A stretch of 60,114 nucleotides of DNA from Eubacteriales bacterium (GCA_045123255.1 JBGVIN010000106.1:1-60114); one strand, 5' to 3'. Numbered from the stretch's first letter, positions 37,369 to 47,929 are shown. Notes: a model not told the origin generated them from the letters alone. Numbers and translations are program-made.

Positions 37369-38928
37369 TTATTTTGCGTAGTCAACTACGCGGCTCTCAC
37401 GAATGAGGTTAACCTTGATTTGACCAGGGTATTCAAGCTCGCTTTCGATTTTCTTGACGATATCACGGGCAACGAGTGCCATTGTTTCGTCCTTAATCTG
37501 CTCAGGCTTAACCATAATTCTGATTTCTCTGCCCGCTTGAATTGCAAAGGTCTTTTCAACTCCGTTAAAGCTATTGGCGATTTCCTCAAGCTTTTGAAGT
37601 CTTTTTATGTAGTTTTCAAGGTTTTCACGTCTTGCGCCGGGTCTTGCCGCAGAAATTGCATCTGCCGCTTGAACTATTACCGCAATAATTGTTTGTGCCT
37701 CAACGTCGCCGTGGTGCGCCTCAATTGCGTGAATAATTTCCTTTGATTCCTTATACTTCTTAGCAACGTCAACACCAATCTGAACGTGTGAGCCCTCAAT
37801 TTCTGCGGTAAGCGCCTTACCGATATCGTGTAAAAGACCTGCACGCTTAGCAAGGGTAACGTCTGCGCCAAGCTCTGCTGCCATAACACCCGCTAAGGTA
37901 GAAACCTCTATTGAGTGTGTAAGCACGTTTTGACCGTAGCTCGTTCTGTACTTTAAGCGGCCAAGGAGCTTAACAAGCTCGTTGTTAAGACCGTGAACGC
38001 CTGTTTCAAACGTAGCCTTTTCGCCCGCCTGCTTAATTGAAGCCTCAACCTCGCGGCGTGCCTTTTCAACTGTTTCCTCAATTCTTGTCGGATGAATACG
38101 TCCGTCGGAGATGAGCTTTTCAATTGAAAGACGTGCAATCTCGCGTCTAACCGGGTCAAAGCCCGAAATTGTGATAACCTCAGGAGTATCATCAATAATA
38201 AGCTCAACGCCTGTGAGATTTTCAATAGCGCGCACGTTACGTCCCTCGCGTCCGATAATTCTTCCCTTCATTTCGTCGTTAGGAAGTGCAACAACTGAAA
38301 TCGTTGCCTCGGAAACGTGGTCTGCGGCGCATCTTGCAATTGCAAGTGAAATAATGTTCTTTGCCTTTTTGTCTGCCTCGTCCTTAAATTGCTCCTCAAG
38401 CTCGATAAGCTTTTGCGCCTGCTCATGCTTTACCTCGTCCTCAAGCTCCTTAACAAGTGATGCCTTAGCCTCCTCTGCTGAGTAGCCTGAAATCTTTTCA
38501 AGCAATTTAATTTGTGTTTCGTGTGATTGTGCTAATTTTTCTTTAAGCTCGTCTGCTTCCTTAATCTTACCTGCTAAGGTTTCTTCCTTCTTTTCTATGG
38601 CATCAACCTTGCGGTCAAGATGTTCTTCTTTGTTAGCCAAACGAGTTTCCTGTCGGTTTAATTCTGTGCGGCGCTCCTTAACCTCGCTCTCAAGCTCCTT
38701 TCTTGAAGCCATGATTTCCTCTTTAGCCTCAAGCAAGTACTCCTTGCGCTTGGTTTCTGCCGCTTTAATTGCATCCTCAAGAAGCTTCTTTGCCTGTGCT
38801 TCAGCTGAGCCGATCTGCTTTTCGGCTGTTGCTTTTCTGATAATAATGCCGAGAACGACACCTACTACCGCAAAGACAGCTGCACCAATTACGGCTGCTC
38901 CAATGAGAACCCAATGCAACCAATCCAT
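37369..38928 (-). CDS. rny: Ribonuclease Y
   Basis: N-terminal TM, coiled coil, KH ([10 protein letters not shown]), HD (LLHDIGK), RPGARRE. Confidence 0.97.
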   Translation of the reverse strand: MDWLHWVLIGAAVIGAAVFAVVGVVLGIIIRKATAEKQIGSAEAQAKKLLEDAIKAAETKRKEYLLEAKEEIMASRKELESEVKERRTELNRQETRLANKEEHLDRKVDAIEKKEETLAGKIKEADELKEKLAQSHETQIKLLEKISGYSAEEAKASLVKELEDEVKHEQAQKLIELEEQFKDEADKKAKNIISLAIARCAADHVSEATISVVALPNDEMKGRIIGREGRNVRAIENLTGVELIIDDTPEVITISGFDPVRREIARLSIEKLISDGRIHPTRIEETVEKARREVEASIKQAGEKATFETGVHGLNNELVKLLGRLKYRTSYGQNVLTHSIEVSTLAGVMAAELGADVTLAKRAGLLHDIGKALTAEIEGSHVQIGVDVAKKYKESKEIIHAIEAHHGDVEAQTIIAVIVQAADAISAARPGARRENLENYIKRLQKLEEIANSFNGVEKTFAIQAGREIRIMVKPEQIKDETMALVARDIVKKIESELEYPGQIKVNLIRESRVVDYAK

Positions 38929-39160
38929 TTTCTTTTCCTCCTTCTAAGATTTTCCTATGTGAAAGGCGATGGTTAGCCGAAACCAACCAAACCAAATTTC
39001 TACACATTATAATTTTATAATATATGCGTGTCAATGTCAAGAGAAAAAACAAAAATAATTGGCGCGTGCGTGAAATATTTATATTGACACGTGAATAAAT
39101 ATAAATTATAATAATCTTGTGGCGCAATATTTTCCATATTTGCGCCGAAGGGCGGTATTT

Positions 39161-39652
39161 ATGAAGCTACACGATATTAAAAATTTCAATTTCACAAGCG
39201 AAATCGGTAAGGGTGCGCTTTTATCCGTTGTGCGTCCAAGCGGCGAGGTCAACACAATGACCGTTTCGTGGGGTCAGGCAGGAGTTCTTTGGAACAAGGA
39301 CGTTTGCACCGTTTACGTGCGACCCACGCGCTACACATACGGCTTTTGCGAGGAAGCGGAAATATTTACTCTTTCGTTTTTAGACGAGGGCAAAAAGGAC
39401 GTTTTATCCTTCTGTGGCACAAAAAGCGGCAGGGACGTGGACAAATTTGAGGCGTGCGGCTTAAAATACGCAATCAAAAACGGTGCTTGCATTTTAGACG
39501 ATGCAGGGATTACACTCGTATTAAAAAAGCTCTACGCACAAAATATGACGTGTGATTGCTTCACCGACACATCTCCGCTTTCAAATTACAAGGCGGGCGA
39601 TTTTCACAGGATATATACCTGTGAAATTACAGACGTTTTAGAAAAAATTTAA
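39161..39652 (+). CDS. Flavin reductase-like FMN-binding protein
   Basis: NTMTVSWG, VYVRPTRYT, FTLSF, CGTKSGRDVDK, H.IY; start re-called at MKLHD. Confidence 0.85.
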   Translation: MKLHDIKNFNFTSEIGKGALLSVVRPSGEVNTMTVSWGQAGVLWNKDVCTVYVRPTRYTYGFCEEAEIFTLSFLDEGKKDVLSFCGTKSGRDVDKFEACGLKYAIKNGACILDDAGITLVLKKLYAQNMTCDCFTDTSPLSNYKAGDFHRIYTCEITDVLEKI

Positions 39653-39670
39653 CAAAGGCAGGAAACAAAA

Positions 39671-41854
39671 ATGAAGGATGCAAGATGGATAACCCACAAA
39701 AGTGCAGGTGCGAGTGATAACGCGACCTACTATTTTAAGAAAACGTTTACGCTTGATGCTGTTGGCGAGTCGCTTTTTGAGATTAGCGCACAGGCAAGAT
39801 ACAAGCTTTTTATAAACGGTGAGTTCGTTTGCTGCGGTCCTTGCAAGGGCACGCGTGAAAAAACGTATTTTGACGCAGTTGACGTAGCTCAATATTTAAG
39901 AGTTGGCGAAAACGAAATCTTCTGCGAGGTTTTGCAGCTCGTTTCCGACGATATGCAGGGCAAAATGTCCCCAATTGAGGGCGTTTTAAGAGTTGGCGCA
40001 TTGCTCCTTACCTGCGAGCTTAACTGTGGCTCATTCCGTCTCCAAAGTGACGAAAGCTGGCTCACCGCCAAAGCGCCCGTTAAGCACGAGAGCGCAAGGA
40101 GCTGCTACTCCGCCGCAACGCACGAGCTTTACGACTCTACGCTCAATATCGAGTGGGAAAACGCAAAGGTGCAAACAGGCGTTTCAAACGCAGAGGTTGA
40201 CCACTACTGGTGGGGATGCACAAACAAGTGCTTCCTTCACGAGCGTCCTATTCCCATGCTCGACTTTGCCGATAAAACGGATATTGTAAAGTATGACGGT
40301 GATTTTTTTGAGGCAGACTATTTAACCTTCGGCTTCCCAACCTTCAAGGCAAGCGGCAAGGGAAGGGTGCGCCTTTACTACTTTGAATGCTTCACCGAAA
40401 TTCAAGGCAAGACAAACAACGACCGTACCGACCGTTCCCTTGACTTTACAAAGGAAATGTATGACGAAATAACAGTTAACGGAGAGTGCGAATTTACGCC
40501 TTTCTGGTTCAGATGCTTCCGCTTTATTAAGCCTGAAATTACGGGGGACGTGTCCATAAAGCTTGAAAAAATGGTCGAGGTTAACTACCCGATGTTCCCA
40601 CGCACAGACTACGATTTTGGACGCGATGACGACAACAAGCTTTGGGATATAAGCGTGCGCACGCTTCAGCGCTGTACACACGAAACGTATGAGGATTGCC
40701 CGTTCTACGAGCAGCTTCAATACTGTATGGACACCTCGACGCAGATGGTATTTAACTATCAGCTCACCGACGATGACCGCTTGGCAAGAAAGGCGATGGA
40801 CGATTTTGCCGCATCTCAGCTCGCAAACGGACTTATGCCGTCAAGAACTCCAAGTGTAGGCGACCAGCACATTCCAACGTTCCAATTCTACTTTATTTTT
40901 ATGGTTTACGCGCACTATACTCGCTTCGGTGACACGGAGCTTGTAAGAAAGCATCTTCGTGCCATCGACGGCGTTTGCGAGTGGTTTACAAACCATATAA
41001 ACGACGACGGCGTTGTCGGTCAAAGCAAATATTGGAACTTTGTTGACTGGGCAACTCCTTGGGGATACGTTGAAAACGAAAACGACGGCGGCGTGCCTGT
41101 TGGCGTTCACGGTGGCGTTATTGGTCTATACAACCCGATGATGGCGTACTTTTTACAATGTGCCGCTAAATTAAACGCGGTATGTGGCAGATGTGACGTA
41201 GCTGATGAATACCTTGCTACGGCAGAAATGCTAAAGAAAAACACGGTTAAATTCTTCTGGGACAAGGAAAAGGGACTGTTTGCTGACAACATTGACCACA
41301 CAAAATACTCACAGCATATGCAAGCTTGGTGCGTGCTTAGCGGCACAGCAACGGGCAAGCGTGCAAAATTCATAATGAAGAATTCGCTTAACCTTGAAGC
41401 AAAGGCTACATATGCATTTGCATACTTCTACTTCCGCGCACTTGAAATTTGCGGCATGTACGACAAGACCAAGGAAATGATGGACTCATATAGAGGACTG
41501 TTGAAGCTAAATTGCACAACCGTTCCCGAAACGCCGACCTATTCAAGAAGTGACTGCCACGCTTGGGGCGCGCTTGCAATTTACGAGTTTAGCGCAACCG
41601 TGCTTGGCGTTCGCACCTATGACGTAAACGAAAAATCCGTATCGATAAAGCCATATATCAAGGGCAGAAAATACGCCAAGGGTACTGTCAATTCCATAGC
41701 AGGCGAAATCTCCGTTTCTTGGAAAAAGGCGGGGGGAGTGTTTGAAATTACCGTTGAAAGCGAACAGGACAAGGTTAAAAAATACATAACTCTTCCAAAC
41801 GGACAGGAGCTTGTTACAACAAAGAAAAAAGCAACCTACAAATGCAACGTTTAA
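39671..41854 (+). CDS. Alpha-L-rhamnosidase (GH78-like)
   Basis: ISAQARYKLFING..GP, TYEDCPFYEQLQY..D, WNFVDW, SDCHAWG. Confidence 0.8.
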   Translation: MKDARWITHKSAGASDNATYYFKKTFTLDAVGESLFEISAQARYKLFINGEFVCCGPCKGTREKTYFDAVDVAQYLRVGENEIFCEVLQLVSDDMQGKMSPIEGVLRVGALLLTCELNCGSFRLQSDESWLTAKAPVKHESARSCYSAATHELYDSTLNIEWENAKVQTGVSNAEVDHYWWGCTNKCFLHERPIPMLDFADKTDIVKYDGDFFEADYLTFGFPTFKASGKGRVRLYYFECFTEIQGKTNNDRTDRSLDFTKEMYDEITVNGECEFTPFWFRCFRFIKPEITGDVSIKLEKMVEVNYPMFPRTDYDFGRDDDNKLWDISVRTLQRCTHETYEDCPFYEQLQYCMDTSTQMVFNYQLTDDDRLARKAMDDFAASQLANGLMPSRTPSVGDQHIPTFQFYFIFMVYAHYTRFGDTELVRKHLRAIDGVCEWFTNHINDDGVVGQSKYWNFVDWATPWGYVENENDGGVPVGVHGGVIGLYNPMMAYFLQCAAKLNAVCGRCDVADEYLATAEMLKKNTVKFFWDKEKGLFADNIDHTKYSQHMQAWCVLSGTATGKRAKFIMKNSLNLEAKATYAFAYFYFRALEICGMYDKTKEMMDSYRGLLKLNCTTVPETPTYSRSDCHAWGALAIYEFSATVLGVRTYDVNEKSVSIKPYIKGRKYAKGTVNSIAGEISVSWKKAGGVFEITVESEQDKVKKYITLPNGQELVTTKKKATYKCNV

Positions 41855-41885
41855 TATAACAAAGATATAAAATCAAGGAGAAAAA

Positions 41886-42260
41886 ATGAAAATAGCACTT
41901 ATTGCACATGACAAGAAAAAATCAGATATGATTGACCTTGCAATAAAATACAAGGACACACTCGCATTACATACACTCTACGCAACAGGAACAACTGGCA
42001 CACTCGTTATGGGAGAAACAGGTCTTACCATTAACCGTATGAAGAGCGGCCCTCTCGGCGGCGACCAACAAATCGGCTCAATGGTAGCTGAGGGAAAGCT
42101 TGACCTTATCGTTTTCCTTCGCGACCCACTCACATCTCAGCCCCACGAGCCTGACGTAACCGCGCTCCTTCGTCTTTGCGACGTTCAGTCAATTCCGCTT
42201 GCAACGAACGTGAAGAGCGCAGAAATCATGCTTAATGCTCTTTCAAAAAATGAAATTTAA
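41886..42260 (+). CDS. mgsA: Methylglyoxal synthase
   Basis: [41 protein letters not shown]. Confidence 0.97.
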   Translation: MKIALIAHDKKKSDMIDLAIKYKDTLALHTLYATGTTGTLVMGETGLTINRMKSGPLGGDQQIGSMVAEGKLDLIVFLRDPLTSQPHEPDVTALLRLCDVQSIPLATNVKSAEIMLNALSKNEI

Positions 42261-42269
42261 ATAGAAATT

Positions 42270-42297
42270 AAGCCCTTGGTTTTTCCGAGGGCTTTTA
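42270..42297 (+). terminator. Terminator of mgsA
   Basis: aagcccttgg-ttttt-ccgagggctt plus T tract. Confidence 0.7.
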
Positions 42298-42318
42298 ATT
42301 TTTGCAGAACGCAATTGA

Positions 42319-42348
42319 AAAAGACACTGACCGCGGTCAGTGTCTTTT
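42319..42348. terminator. Perfect 30-bp palindrome / terminator
   Basis: aaaagacactgaccgcggtcagtgtctttt. Confidence 0.75.
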
Positions 42349-42367
42349 CATTATTATTTATTGTTTA

Positions 42368-42399
42368 TTATTTGTTATTGTTTCTGCGTTTGTTTTCGC
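42368..42399 (-). repeat. Duplicate of the jag 3' end (ENKRRNNNK*)
   Basis: Matches 42511-42548 except for one 6-nt unit deletion and one substitution. Confidence 0.8.
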
Positions 42400-42403
42400 C
42401 CCT

Positions 42404-42479
42404 GCCTCCTTCCCCGAGGGAGGGGGACCGCAACGTACAAGCAATCAACCACGTATTGTTTTGTAAGCGGTGGAAGGAG
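42404..42479. repeat. Degenerate twin-hairpin REP-like element (opposite orientation to 29-77) with expanded loop
   Basis: gcctcctt..gggagg-gg-accgc[35 nt]gcggt-ggaagga parallels the reverse complement of 29-77. Confidence 0.6.
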
Positions 42480-42505
42480 AAAGCCGCCAGAACTTGGCGG
42501 CTTTT
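42480..42505 (-). terminator. Terminator of jag
   Basis: aaagccgcca-gaact-tggcggcttt. Confidence 0.8.
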
Positions 42506-42510
42506 ATCAC

Positions 42511-43464
42511 TTATTTGTTATTGTTATTGTTTCTGCGCTTGTTTTCGCAGGTGATAACAATCTTGCGGTTATCATCATAACCAACAGAGTGAGTTGAAAC
42601 ACCCTCGATTGATTGAACCTCGGAGTGAATAATCATTCTCTCATATGGGTTCATTGGCTCAAGGAGAACGTTTCTTTGATACTTGAGAGCCTTTGCTGCC
42701 ATTCTTCTTGCAAGTGCGCGAAGTGTAGCTTCTCTCTTTTCACGGTAATTTTCAATATCGATAATTACTCTTACGTATTCCTTATGCTCGCCCTCGCTCT
42801 TTCTTGCCAAGCAAAGGTTTGAAAGGTATTGAAGCGCGTCAAGCATTTCGCCTCTATGTCCGATAAGGCTTGGTGCATCCTCGCCCTCAATTGTGATAAG
42901 GCGTGGAACAAAGCCGTTTTCGTTAACTGTCATATCTGCCTTAACCTCACAGTTGAAGCCGATATCACGAATGAAGCCTGTAAGGAAGTTAACCGCAAGC
43001 TCCTTTTCCTTAAGAGTAACGTTGATTTGCTCTTCCTTTTCCTCAATTGTAGGAATTTTATCCTCAGCTTGCTTTGGAGCAGCTTGCTTTTGTACCTTAT
43101 TTTCCACCTTTACCTCAGGCTTGCTTTCAGCCTTTGGTGCTTGTGGCTTTTGGTTGTTTTGCTTTTGCGGTTTGTTTTCAGGCTTGTTCTCTGTCTTTGG
43201 TGCAGGAGCTGCCTTTTGAGCCTGTGGCTTTTGCGGTTGCTTGTTTTCAACCCTTGGCTTTTGCTCCTTTTGAGGCTTGCGCTCAGGCTTACCGTCATCT
43301 ACGATAACCTTGATTTCCGCAGGCACTCTGCCGATACCCAAAAATCCCTTTTTGCCGGGGTTAAGAACCTCGATGGAAATTTCGCCAAGGGATGAGTAGA
43401 TTTCGTTTGCCTTAGCATACGCTTCCTCTACTGTTTTGGCGGTTAGTGTAAATTCACTTTTCAT
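42511..43464 (-). CDS. jag: RNA-binding protein Jag/KhpB/EloR
   Basis: Jag_N (KTVEEA..KKGFLGIG), low-complexity linker, KH (LIGHRGEMLDALQ), R3H (ERMIIH). Confidence 0.95.
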   Translation of the reverse strand: MKSEFTLTAKTVEEAYAKANEIYSSLGEISIEVLNPGKKGFLGIGRVPAEIKVIVDDGKPERKPQKEQKPRVENKQPQKPQAQKAAPAPKTENKPENKPQKQNNQKPQAPKAESKPEVKVENKVQKQAAPKQAEDKIPTIEEKEEQINVTLKEKELAVNFLTGFIRDIGFNCEVKADMTVNENGFVPRLITIEGEDAPSLIGHRGEMLDALQYLSNLCLARKSEGEHKEYVRVIIDIENYREKREATLRALARRMAAKALKYQRNVLLEPMNPYERMIIHSEVQSIEGVSTHSVGYDDNRKIVITCENKRRNNNNNK

Positions 43465-43487
43465 ATTAAATTGTTTCCTTATAGATT

Positions 43488-44585
43488 TTATTCATCGTCG
43501 TCTATATGGTGAAGCGACTTATATGGCTTTGCTTCTCCACTGTTATAAACGATATCGGGACGCTTGCTTTGTCCCTTTTTAGATTCCTTCATTTCCTTTT
43601 CAAGCGCCTTCAATTCCTCTTCTGTGTAGTTTGGGAGCTTGATAGCCTTTGAAAGAATAAATTGCTGAAGCATTGAAAGAAGTGTTCTGAAAATCCAGTA
43701 AACACCGATTGCGGCAGGGAACGTGAACGTAAAGAAGAACGTCATAAGTGGCATTGTCCACATCATAATCTTCATTGAGTTCATAGCACCGCCTGCGGCA
43801 GCGTTTTGCTGTTCCTGACCTTGTGGGTTGAGCTTCTTTGTTAAGAACTGTGAAAGGTACATAAGACCAAGGTTGATAACGGGGATAAGAAGCAAGAACC
43901 AAAGACCCTTGAAATCTCCAAACGCGGAGAATGGCTGCTCGCCAAGGTTTTGTCCGAAGATTGATACGTTTGGAATGTTGTCAAAGCGGCTTGTAAGATA
44001 GTATAACGCCTCACTTGCCTGTTCCTTGGTTACAGACACCTTATCGGTGCTGAACTGTGTAATAACAGCATCGAGAGTTTCGCTATCCATGCCCTTAATG
44101 AGGTTTGAAACGTAAACCTCCTTTGCGGATTTTGGAAGTGAATATACAAGCTCGCCAGCTTCGTTTTTGAAGTTTTCAAAGCAAGCAACGATGTTTGCAC
44201 ATACTGCCTTCGGAATACCGCCTACAAATTGCATAGGTCTTACAACAACCTGGTAAAGTGGGAAAATGATAATGAGCTGCAAAAGCATAGGCAAGCAACC
44301 CTTAAGTGGGGAGTAGCCCTCCTTTTGGTAAAGCTCCATTATCTCATTTTGCATTTTTTGTTGAGTTGCACGGTCAGTTCTGCCCGCGTACTTCTTACGA
44401 ATGATGTACTCCATTGGGCGCATCTTTGCTTGCTTTACCATATTCTTTTGTTGGATGATACCAAATGGGCAAAGCAAAATCTGCATTGCAAGTGAGAATA
44501 TCAAAAGTGCTATAACATAGTTATTTGATATCATATAGCAAAGCTTCAAGACCCAACCGAACGGAATTGCTAATAAATCCATCAT
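43488..44585 (-). CDS. yidC: Membrane protein insertase YidC/Oxa1
   Basis: QNEIMELYQKEGYSPLKGCLPMLLQ, PAAIGVYW; start re-called at MMDLL. Confidence 0.93.
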   Translation of the reverse strand: MMDLLAIPFGWVLKLCYMISNNYVIALLIFSLAMQILLCPFGIIQQKNMVKQAKMRPMEYIIRKKYAGRTDRATQQKMQNEIMELYQKEGYSPLKGCLPMLLQLIIIFPLYQVVVRPMQFVGGIPKAVCANIVACFENFKNEAGELVYSLPKSAKEVYVSNLIKGMDSETLDAVITQFSTDKVSVTKEQASEALYYLTSRFDNIPNVSIFGQNLGEQPFSAFGDFKGLWFLLLIPVINLGLMYLSQFLTKKLNPQGQEQQNAAAGGAMNSMKIMMWTMPLMTFFFTFTFPAAIGVYWIFRTLLSMLQQFILSKAIKLPNYTEEELKALEKEMKESKKGQSKRPDIVYNSGEAKPYKSLHHIDDDE

Positions 44586-44586
44586 A

Positions 44587-44967
44587 TTAGTTGTTTTCTC
44601 CTTTATTTTCCGCTTGCGCGGTACATTCAGCAGCCTCACAAGGAGGTTGACTGTCTGCCTCTGACTCCGTATTTTTGGGGTTTTCATCACAAAAATCGCA
44701 GTCATCCTCTGTCTGCTCGTATGAATTTTCGTAGCGTACACGCTTGAATGTAAATTTTTCAGGCACAGGGTCGTAGCCACCTCGGCAAAACGGATTGCAT
44801 CTGAGCAGCCTGTATGCACTAAGAAGCGTGCCCCTTATCGCACCAAATCTTGTAATAGCCTCCATGGCATATTCCGAGCAGGTCGGAGTAAAGCGGCACG
44901 AGGGCGGCAAGATAGGCGATATTATCTTTTTGTACGCCTTTAGAAAGAATAATAATATCCTCTTCAT
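44587..44967 (-). CDS. yidD: Membrane protein insertion efficiency factor YidD with acidic tail
   Basis: [34 protein letters not shown]. Confidence 0.95.
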   Translation of the reverse strand: MKRILLFFLKAYKKIISPILPPSCRFTPTCSEYAMEAITRFGAIRGTLLSAYRLLRCNPFCRGGYDPVPEKFTFKRVRYENSYEQTEDDCDFCDENPKNTESEADSQPPCEAAECTAQAENKGENN

Positions 44968-44971
44968 ACTT

Positions 44972-45346
44972 TTAGGGTATCATATTTAGAGACTTAAACG
45001 CTCTTTCCATATCGAGCGCAACGTCTGTGCTTTTGGCAAATACGCATGAGCCCTTTGCCACGAGGACAATTAAATTGCCCTTTTTGATTTCGAGATTTCT
45101 CTCCGCTTGTCTTAATCCCTCACGCAAAATTCTTTTCACCCTGTTTCGTACGTGAGCCTTACCGATTTTTTTGGAAACCGTAAGTCCCACACGGTTAACG
45201 TATTGCTTGTTTGGGTGTGCAAGCATAAGCTTTTTAGCTTTAAGGTCACGCAAAACGTAAACTATTACGTGCTTGCCAACGAATTTTTGTCCCTTTGCGT
45301 AGGTTTTCGAGTATAAGTGATTTTCTCCGATTGCAATATGCTTCAT
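44972..45346 (-). CDS. rnpA: RNase P protein component
   Basis: [25 protein letters not shown]; start re-called at MKHIA. Confidence 0.95.
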   Translation of the reverse strand: MKHIAIGENHLYSKTYAKGQKFVGKHVIVYVLRDLKAKKLMLAHPNKQYVNRVGLTVSKKIGKAHVRNRVKRILREGLRQAERNLEIKKGNLIVLVAKGSCVFAKSTDVALDMERAFKSLNMIP

Positions 45347-45480
45347 AACCGCTTCCTCCGTTTTGTAAACTTTTACATTTACTGCAGGCAAATCCCTGCA
45401 CCTTTTACCATCACGATTACTAAATTTTCGCTGTTTTTATCAGCAAAATAACTTTTGACAATAAATTGTCAAGATATTCA

Positions 45481-45522
45481 AAAAATGAAAAATCGGGACC
45501 GCACAAATAGATGCAGTCCCGA
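45481..45522 (-). terminator. Terminator-like hairpin between rpmH and rnpA
   Basis: tcgggac-c-gca / tgc-a-gtcccga stem followed on the minus strand by a T-rich tract. Confidence 0.55.
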
Positions 45523-45545
45523 ATCTAAAGCATGCGCAATTTGAA

Positions 45546-45680
45546 TTAGTAAGTAAGTCTTGCTCTGCCTTTAGCGCGTCTTCTCTTCAAAACCTTTCTG
45601 CCGTCAGCAGTTTTCATTCTCTTTCTGAAGCCGTGCTCTTTTTTTCTTTGGCGTTTCTTAGGTTGGTAAGTTCTTAACAT
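45546..45680 (-). CDS. rpmH: 50S ribosomal protein L34 (not in the ORF track)
   Basis: Hand translation [44 protein letters not shown]; aggaggt RBS. Confidence 0.97.
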   Translation of the reverse strand: MLRTYQPKKRQRKKEHGFRKRMKTADGRKVLKRRRAKGRARLTY

Positions 45681-45765
45681 ATTAGCACCTCCTTGTTTCA
45701 AATTGGAAGTCGTAATGAATACGCAATCTGAAATTTGTTATCTCGAATCCTTTAAGACAAGTAAT

Positions 45766-45794
45766 ATTATACACACGCACCCCTCATTTGTCAA
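45766..45794 (-). promoter_or_regulatory. Sigma-A promoter of rpmH
   Basis: TTGACA(45794-89)-17-TATAAT(45771-66) with extended TG. Confidence 0.75.
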
Positions 45795-45850
45795 GTGTTT
45801 TTTTCGGCAAATGTAGTTTTTTGTTTTCTTCGTGTGCTTTTTGCAGCTTG

Positions 45851-47929
45851 TCAACGTTTTGTCTTTTTTTCGTTTTTTCGGGGGGAGTGTCTGTTTTTCG
45901 GGGTATTTTTCGCTGGTTTTGCTCCCTTTGTCTGTCCAAAATCTTTTGAAAATTTCTTTGAATTTTTTGTGTTTTTAGGTGTATTTTTTGTGTCGCGGTG
46001 CGAATTTTTTGCATTTTTTGAATTTTTGCTTCCGCCGCCGCTTCCCTTTTTCGCACCTACTTCCTTAGTGTCCTTCTTCGCGTTTTTACCCGTTTGATTT
46101 ATACCAAAACGAGTGTTTTCCGCGCCGATGCGCATATCGGGCTTAACAAGACAGTCACCGCCGAAGCCTATCAAATCCTCGCGTCCTGCCAAGACAAGTG
46201 CTTCTCTTACAAGATTTCTGTTTTCAGGCTTTTTGTACTGTAAAAGCGCCCTTTGCATCAATTTTTCTCGGTAGTCAGTCGGGCAATATACGCTTTTTCC
46301 GTCAAGCGGATTTATTCCCGTATAGTACATAACTGTCGATGCCGTGCCGGGGGTTGGATAGAAATCCTGCACCTGCTCGGGATTTAATCCTATGCTCTTT
46401 AAGTAGAGCGAAAGCTCAACCGCATCAGACGGTGTGCTACCCGGATGCGAGGACATAAGATACGGAACTATATATTGCTCAAGCTTATATTCTCGGCAAA
46501 GCGCAAAATATTTTTCGCGGAATTTATCGTAAACCGCCACGCTCGGCTTACCCATGCATCTGAGCACGTTGTCCGAGCAATGCTCGGGTGCAACCTTTAG
46601 CTGTCCGCTAACGTGGTCGCGCACTAATTTTCTAAAAAACGCATCGCTCTTATCGTAAACCATATAGTCAAAGCGAATACCCGAGCGAATGAATACCTTT
46701 TTTACCTTAGGAAGCGATTCAACCGCCTTCAAAAGGTCTATGTATTCGGAGTGGTCAACCTCCAAATTTGGACACGGGGTCGGGGCTAAGCACTTTCTAG
46801 ACGTACAAACGCCATCCTTTAATTGCTTTTTGCAGGCAGGATAACGGAAGTTTGCCGTTGGACCTCCTATATCGTGAATATAGCCCTTAAAATCACTCAT
46901 TTCGGTGATGATTTTCGCTTCTTCCACAACGCTTTCTATGCTACGCGAGCGTACGCTTCTGCCTTGGTGAAAGGCAAGAGCGCAGAAGTTACAGCCACCG
47001 AAGCATCCGCGGTTATGCGTAATTGAAAATTTAACCTCGCTAATAGCAGGCACTCCACCCTCTTTTTCGTACACAGGGTGGTACGTTCTTACATACGGAA
47101 GACTATAAACCTTGTCAAGCTCTTCTCTTTCAAGCGGATAAGCGGGTGGGTTTTGAACGAGCTTTTTTTGGTCGTAATACTCAACTATCGCCTTTCCGTT
47201 TATTGCATCTTGGTTCTTGTACTGTATGCCAAACGCGCGTGCGTATTCACGCTTGTCCTCTTTTATTTTATTAAAGTCAAATTCTGCCGCTATCGGGAAA
47301 TGCACCTCATCCTCGCGTTTGCAAAGATATACGCATCCGCGCTCGGCACGAATTTTCTTTATCGGTACACCCTTATCAAGCAAGGTGGCAAGCCTTAAAA
47401 TAATCGACTCGCCCATACCGTACGTCAAAATATCGGCACGTGAGTCAACAAGCACGCTCCTTCTGATTTTGTCATCCCAGTAGTCGTAATGTGCAAAGCG
47501 TCTGAGTGACGCTTCAATACCGCCTATAATAATAGGCACATCCCCGTACGCCTCTCTTATTCTGTTACAGTAAACTATTACCGCGCGGTCGGGGCGATTG
47601 CCCATTTTTCCACCCGCGGAATAGTAATCATACGAGCGCCTTTTCTTTGAGGCGGTATAATGTGCCACCATCGAGTCAATATTACCCGCACTAACAAGGA
47701 AGCCGAGTCGCGGTCTTCCAAAGCGCTTAAAATCCTCGCAGCTCTTATAATCGGGCTGAGCAAGGAATGCAACTCTAAAGCCTGCGTTTTCAAGCACTCT
47801 TGTGATAATTGATGCGCCAAAGGACGGATGGTCAACGTACGCATCGCCGTTAACGTACACAAAATCGACCTCGTCCCAGCCACGAGATAGGCATTCATTT
47901 TTCGTTATCGGTAAAAACTGATTTTCCAT
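45851..47929 (-). CDS. YgiQ-family (UPF0313) radical SAM protein
   Basis: GDAYVDHPSFG, DSMVAHY, RGCFGGCNFC, KVAPEH, QDFYPTP; basic low-complexity tail. Confidence 0.92.
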   Translation of the reverse strand: MENQFLPITKNECLSRGWDEVDFVYVNGDAYVDHPSFGASIITRVLENAGFRVAFLAQPDYKSCEDFKRFGRPRLGFLVSAGNIDSMVAHYTASKKRRSYDYYSAGGKMGNRPDRAVIVYCNRIREAYGDVPIIIGGIEASLRRFAHYDYWDDKIRRSVLVDSRADILTYGMGESIILRLATLLDKGVPIKKIRAERGCVYLCKREDEVHFPIAAEFDFNKIKEDKREYARAFGIQYKNQDAINGKAIVEYYDQKKLVQNPPAYPLEREELDKVYSLPYVRTYHPVYEKEGGVPAISEVKFSITHNRGCFGGCNFCALAFHQGRSVRSRSIESVVEEAKIITEMSDFKGYIHDIGGPTANFRYPACKKQLKDGVCTSRKCLAPTPCPNLEVDHSEYIDLLKAVESLPKVKKVFIRSGIRFDYMVYDKSDAFFRKLVRDHVSGQLKVAPEHCSDNVLRCMGKPSVAVYDKFREKYFALCREYKLEQYIVPYLMSSHPGSTPSDAVELSLYLKSIGLNPEQVQDFYPTPGTASTVMYYTGINPLDGKSVYCPTDYREKLMQRALLQYKKPENRNLVREALVLAGREDLIGFGGDCLVKPDMRIGAENTRFGINQTGKNAKKDTKEVGAKKGSGGGSKNSKNAKNSHRDTKNTPKNTKNSKKFSKDFGQTKGAKPAKNTPKNRHSPRKNEKKTKR

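Noticed and set aside
37141-37746. Long antisense ORFs such as 385-714, 19735-20208, 29361-29852, 37141-37746, 42829-43395 and 45795-46097
   Set aside because: They are shadows of well-supported genes on the opposite strand, with no RBS or recognisable motifs.
38930-39118. 6S RNA or a structured leader upstream of rny
   Set aside because: The gap is short and AT-rich and contains divergent promoter-like elements; no long hairpin seen.
42276-42597. 92-aa and 85-aa plus-strand ORFs in the mgsA-jag gap
   Set aside because: They run through terminators, a REP-like element and the antisense jag end; the hydrophobic look comes from TTG/TTA repeats.
45767-45775. DnaA-box match TTATACACA upstream of rpmH
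   Set aside because: It is a single copy generated by the opposite-strand TGTG-TATAAT extended -10; no cluster and no dnaA. Another chance match occurs at 4551.
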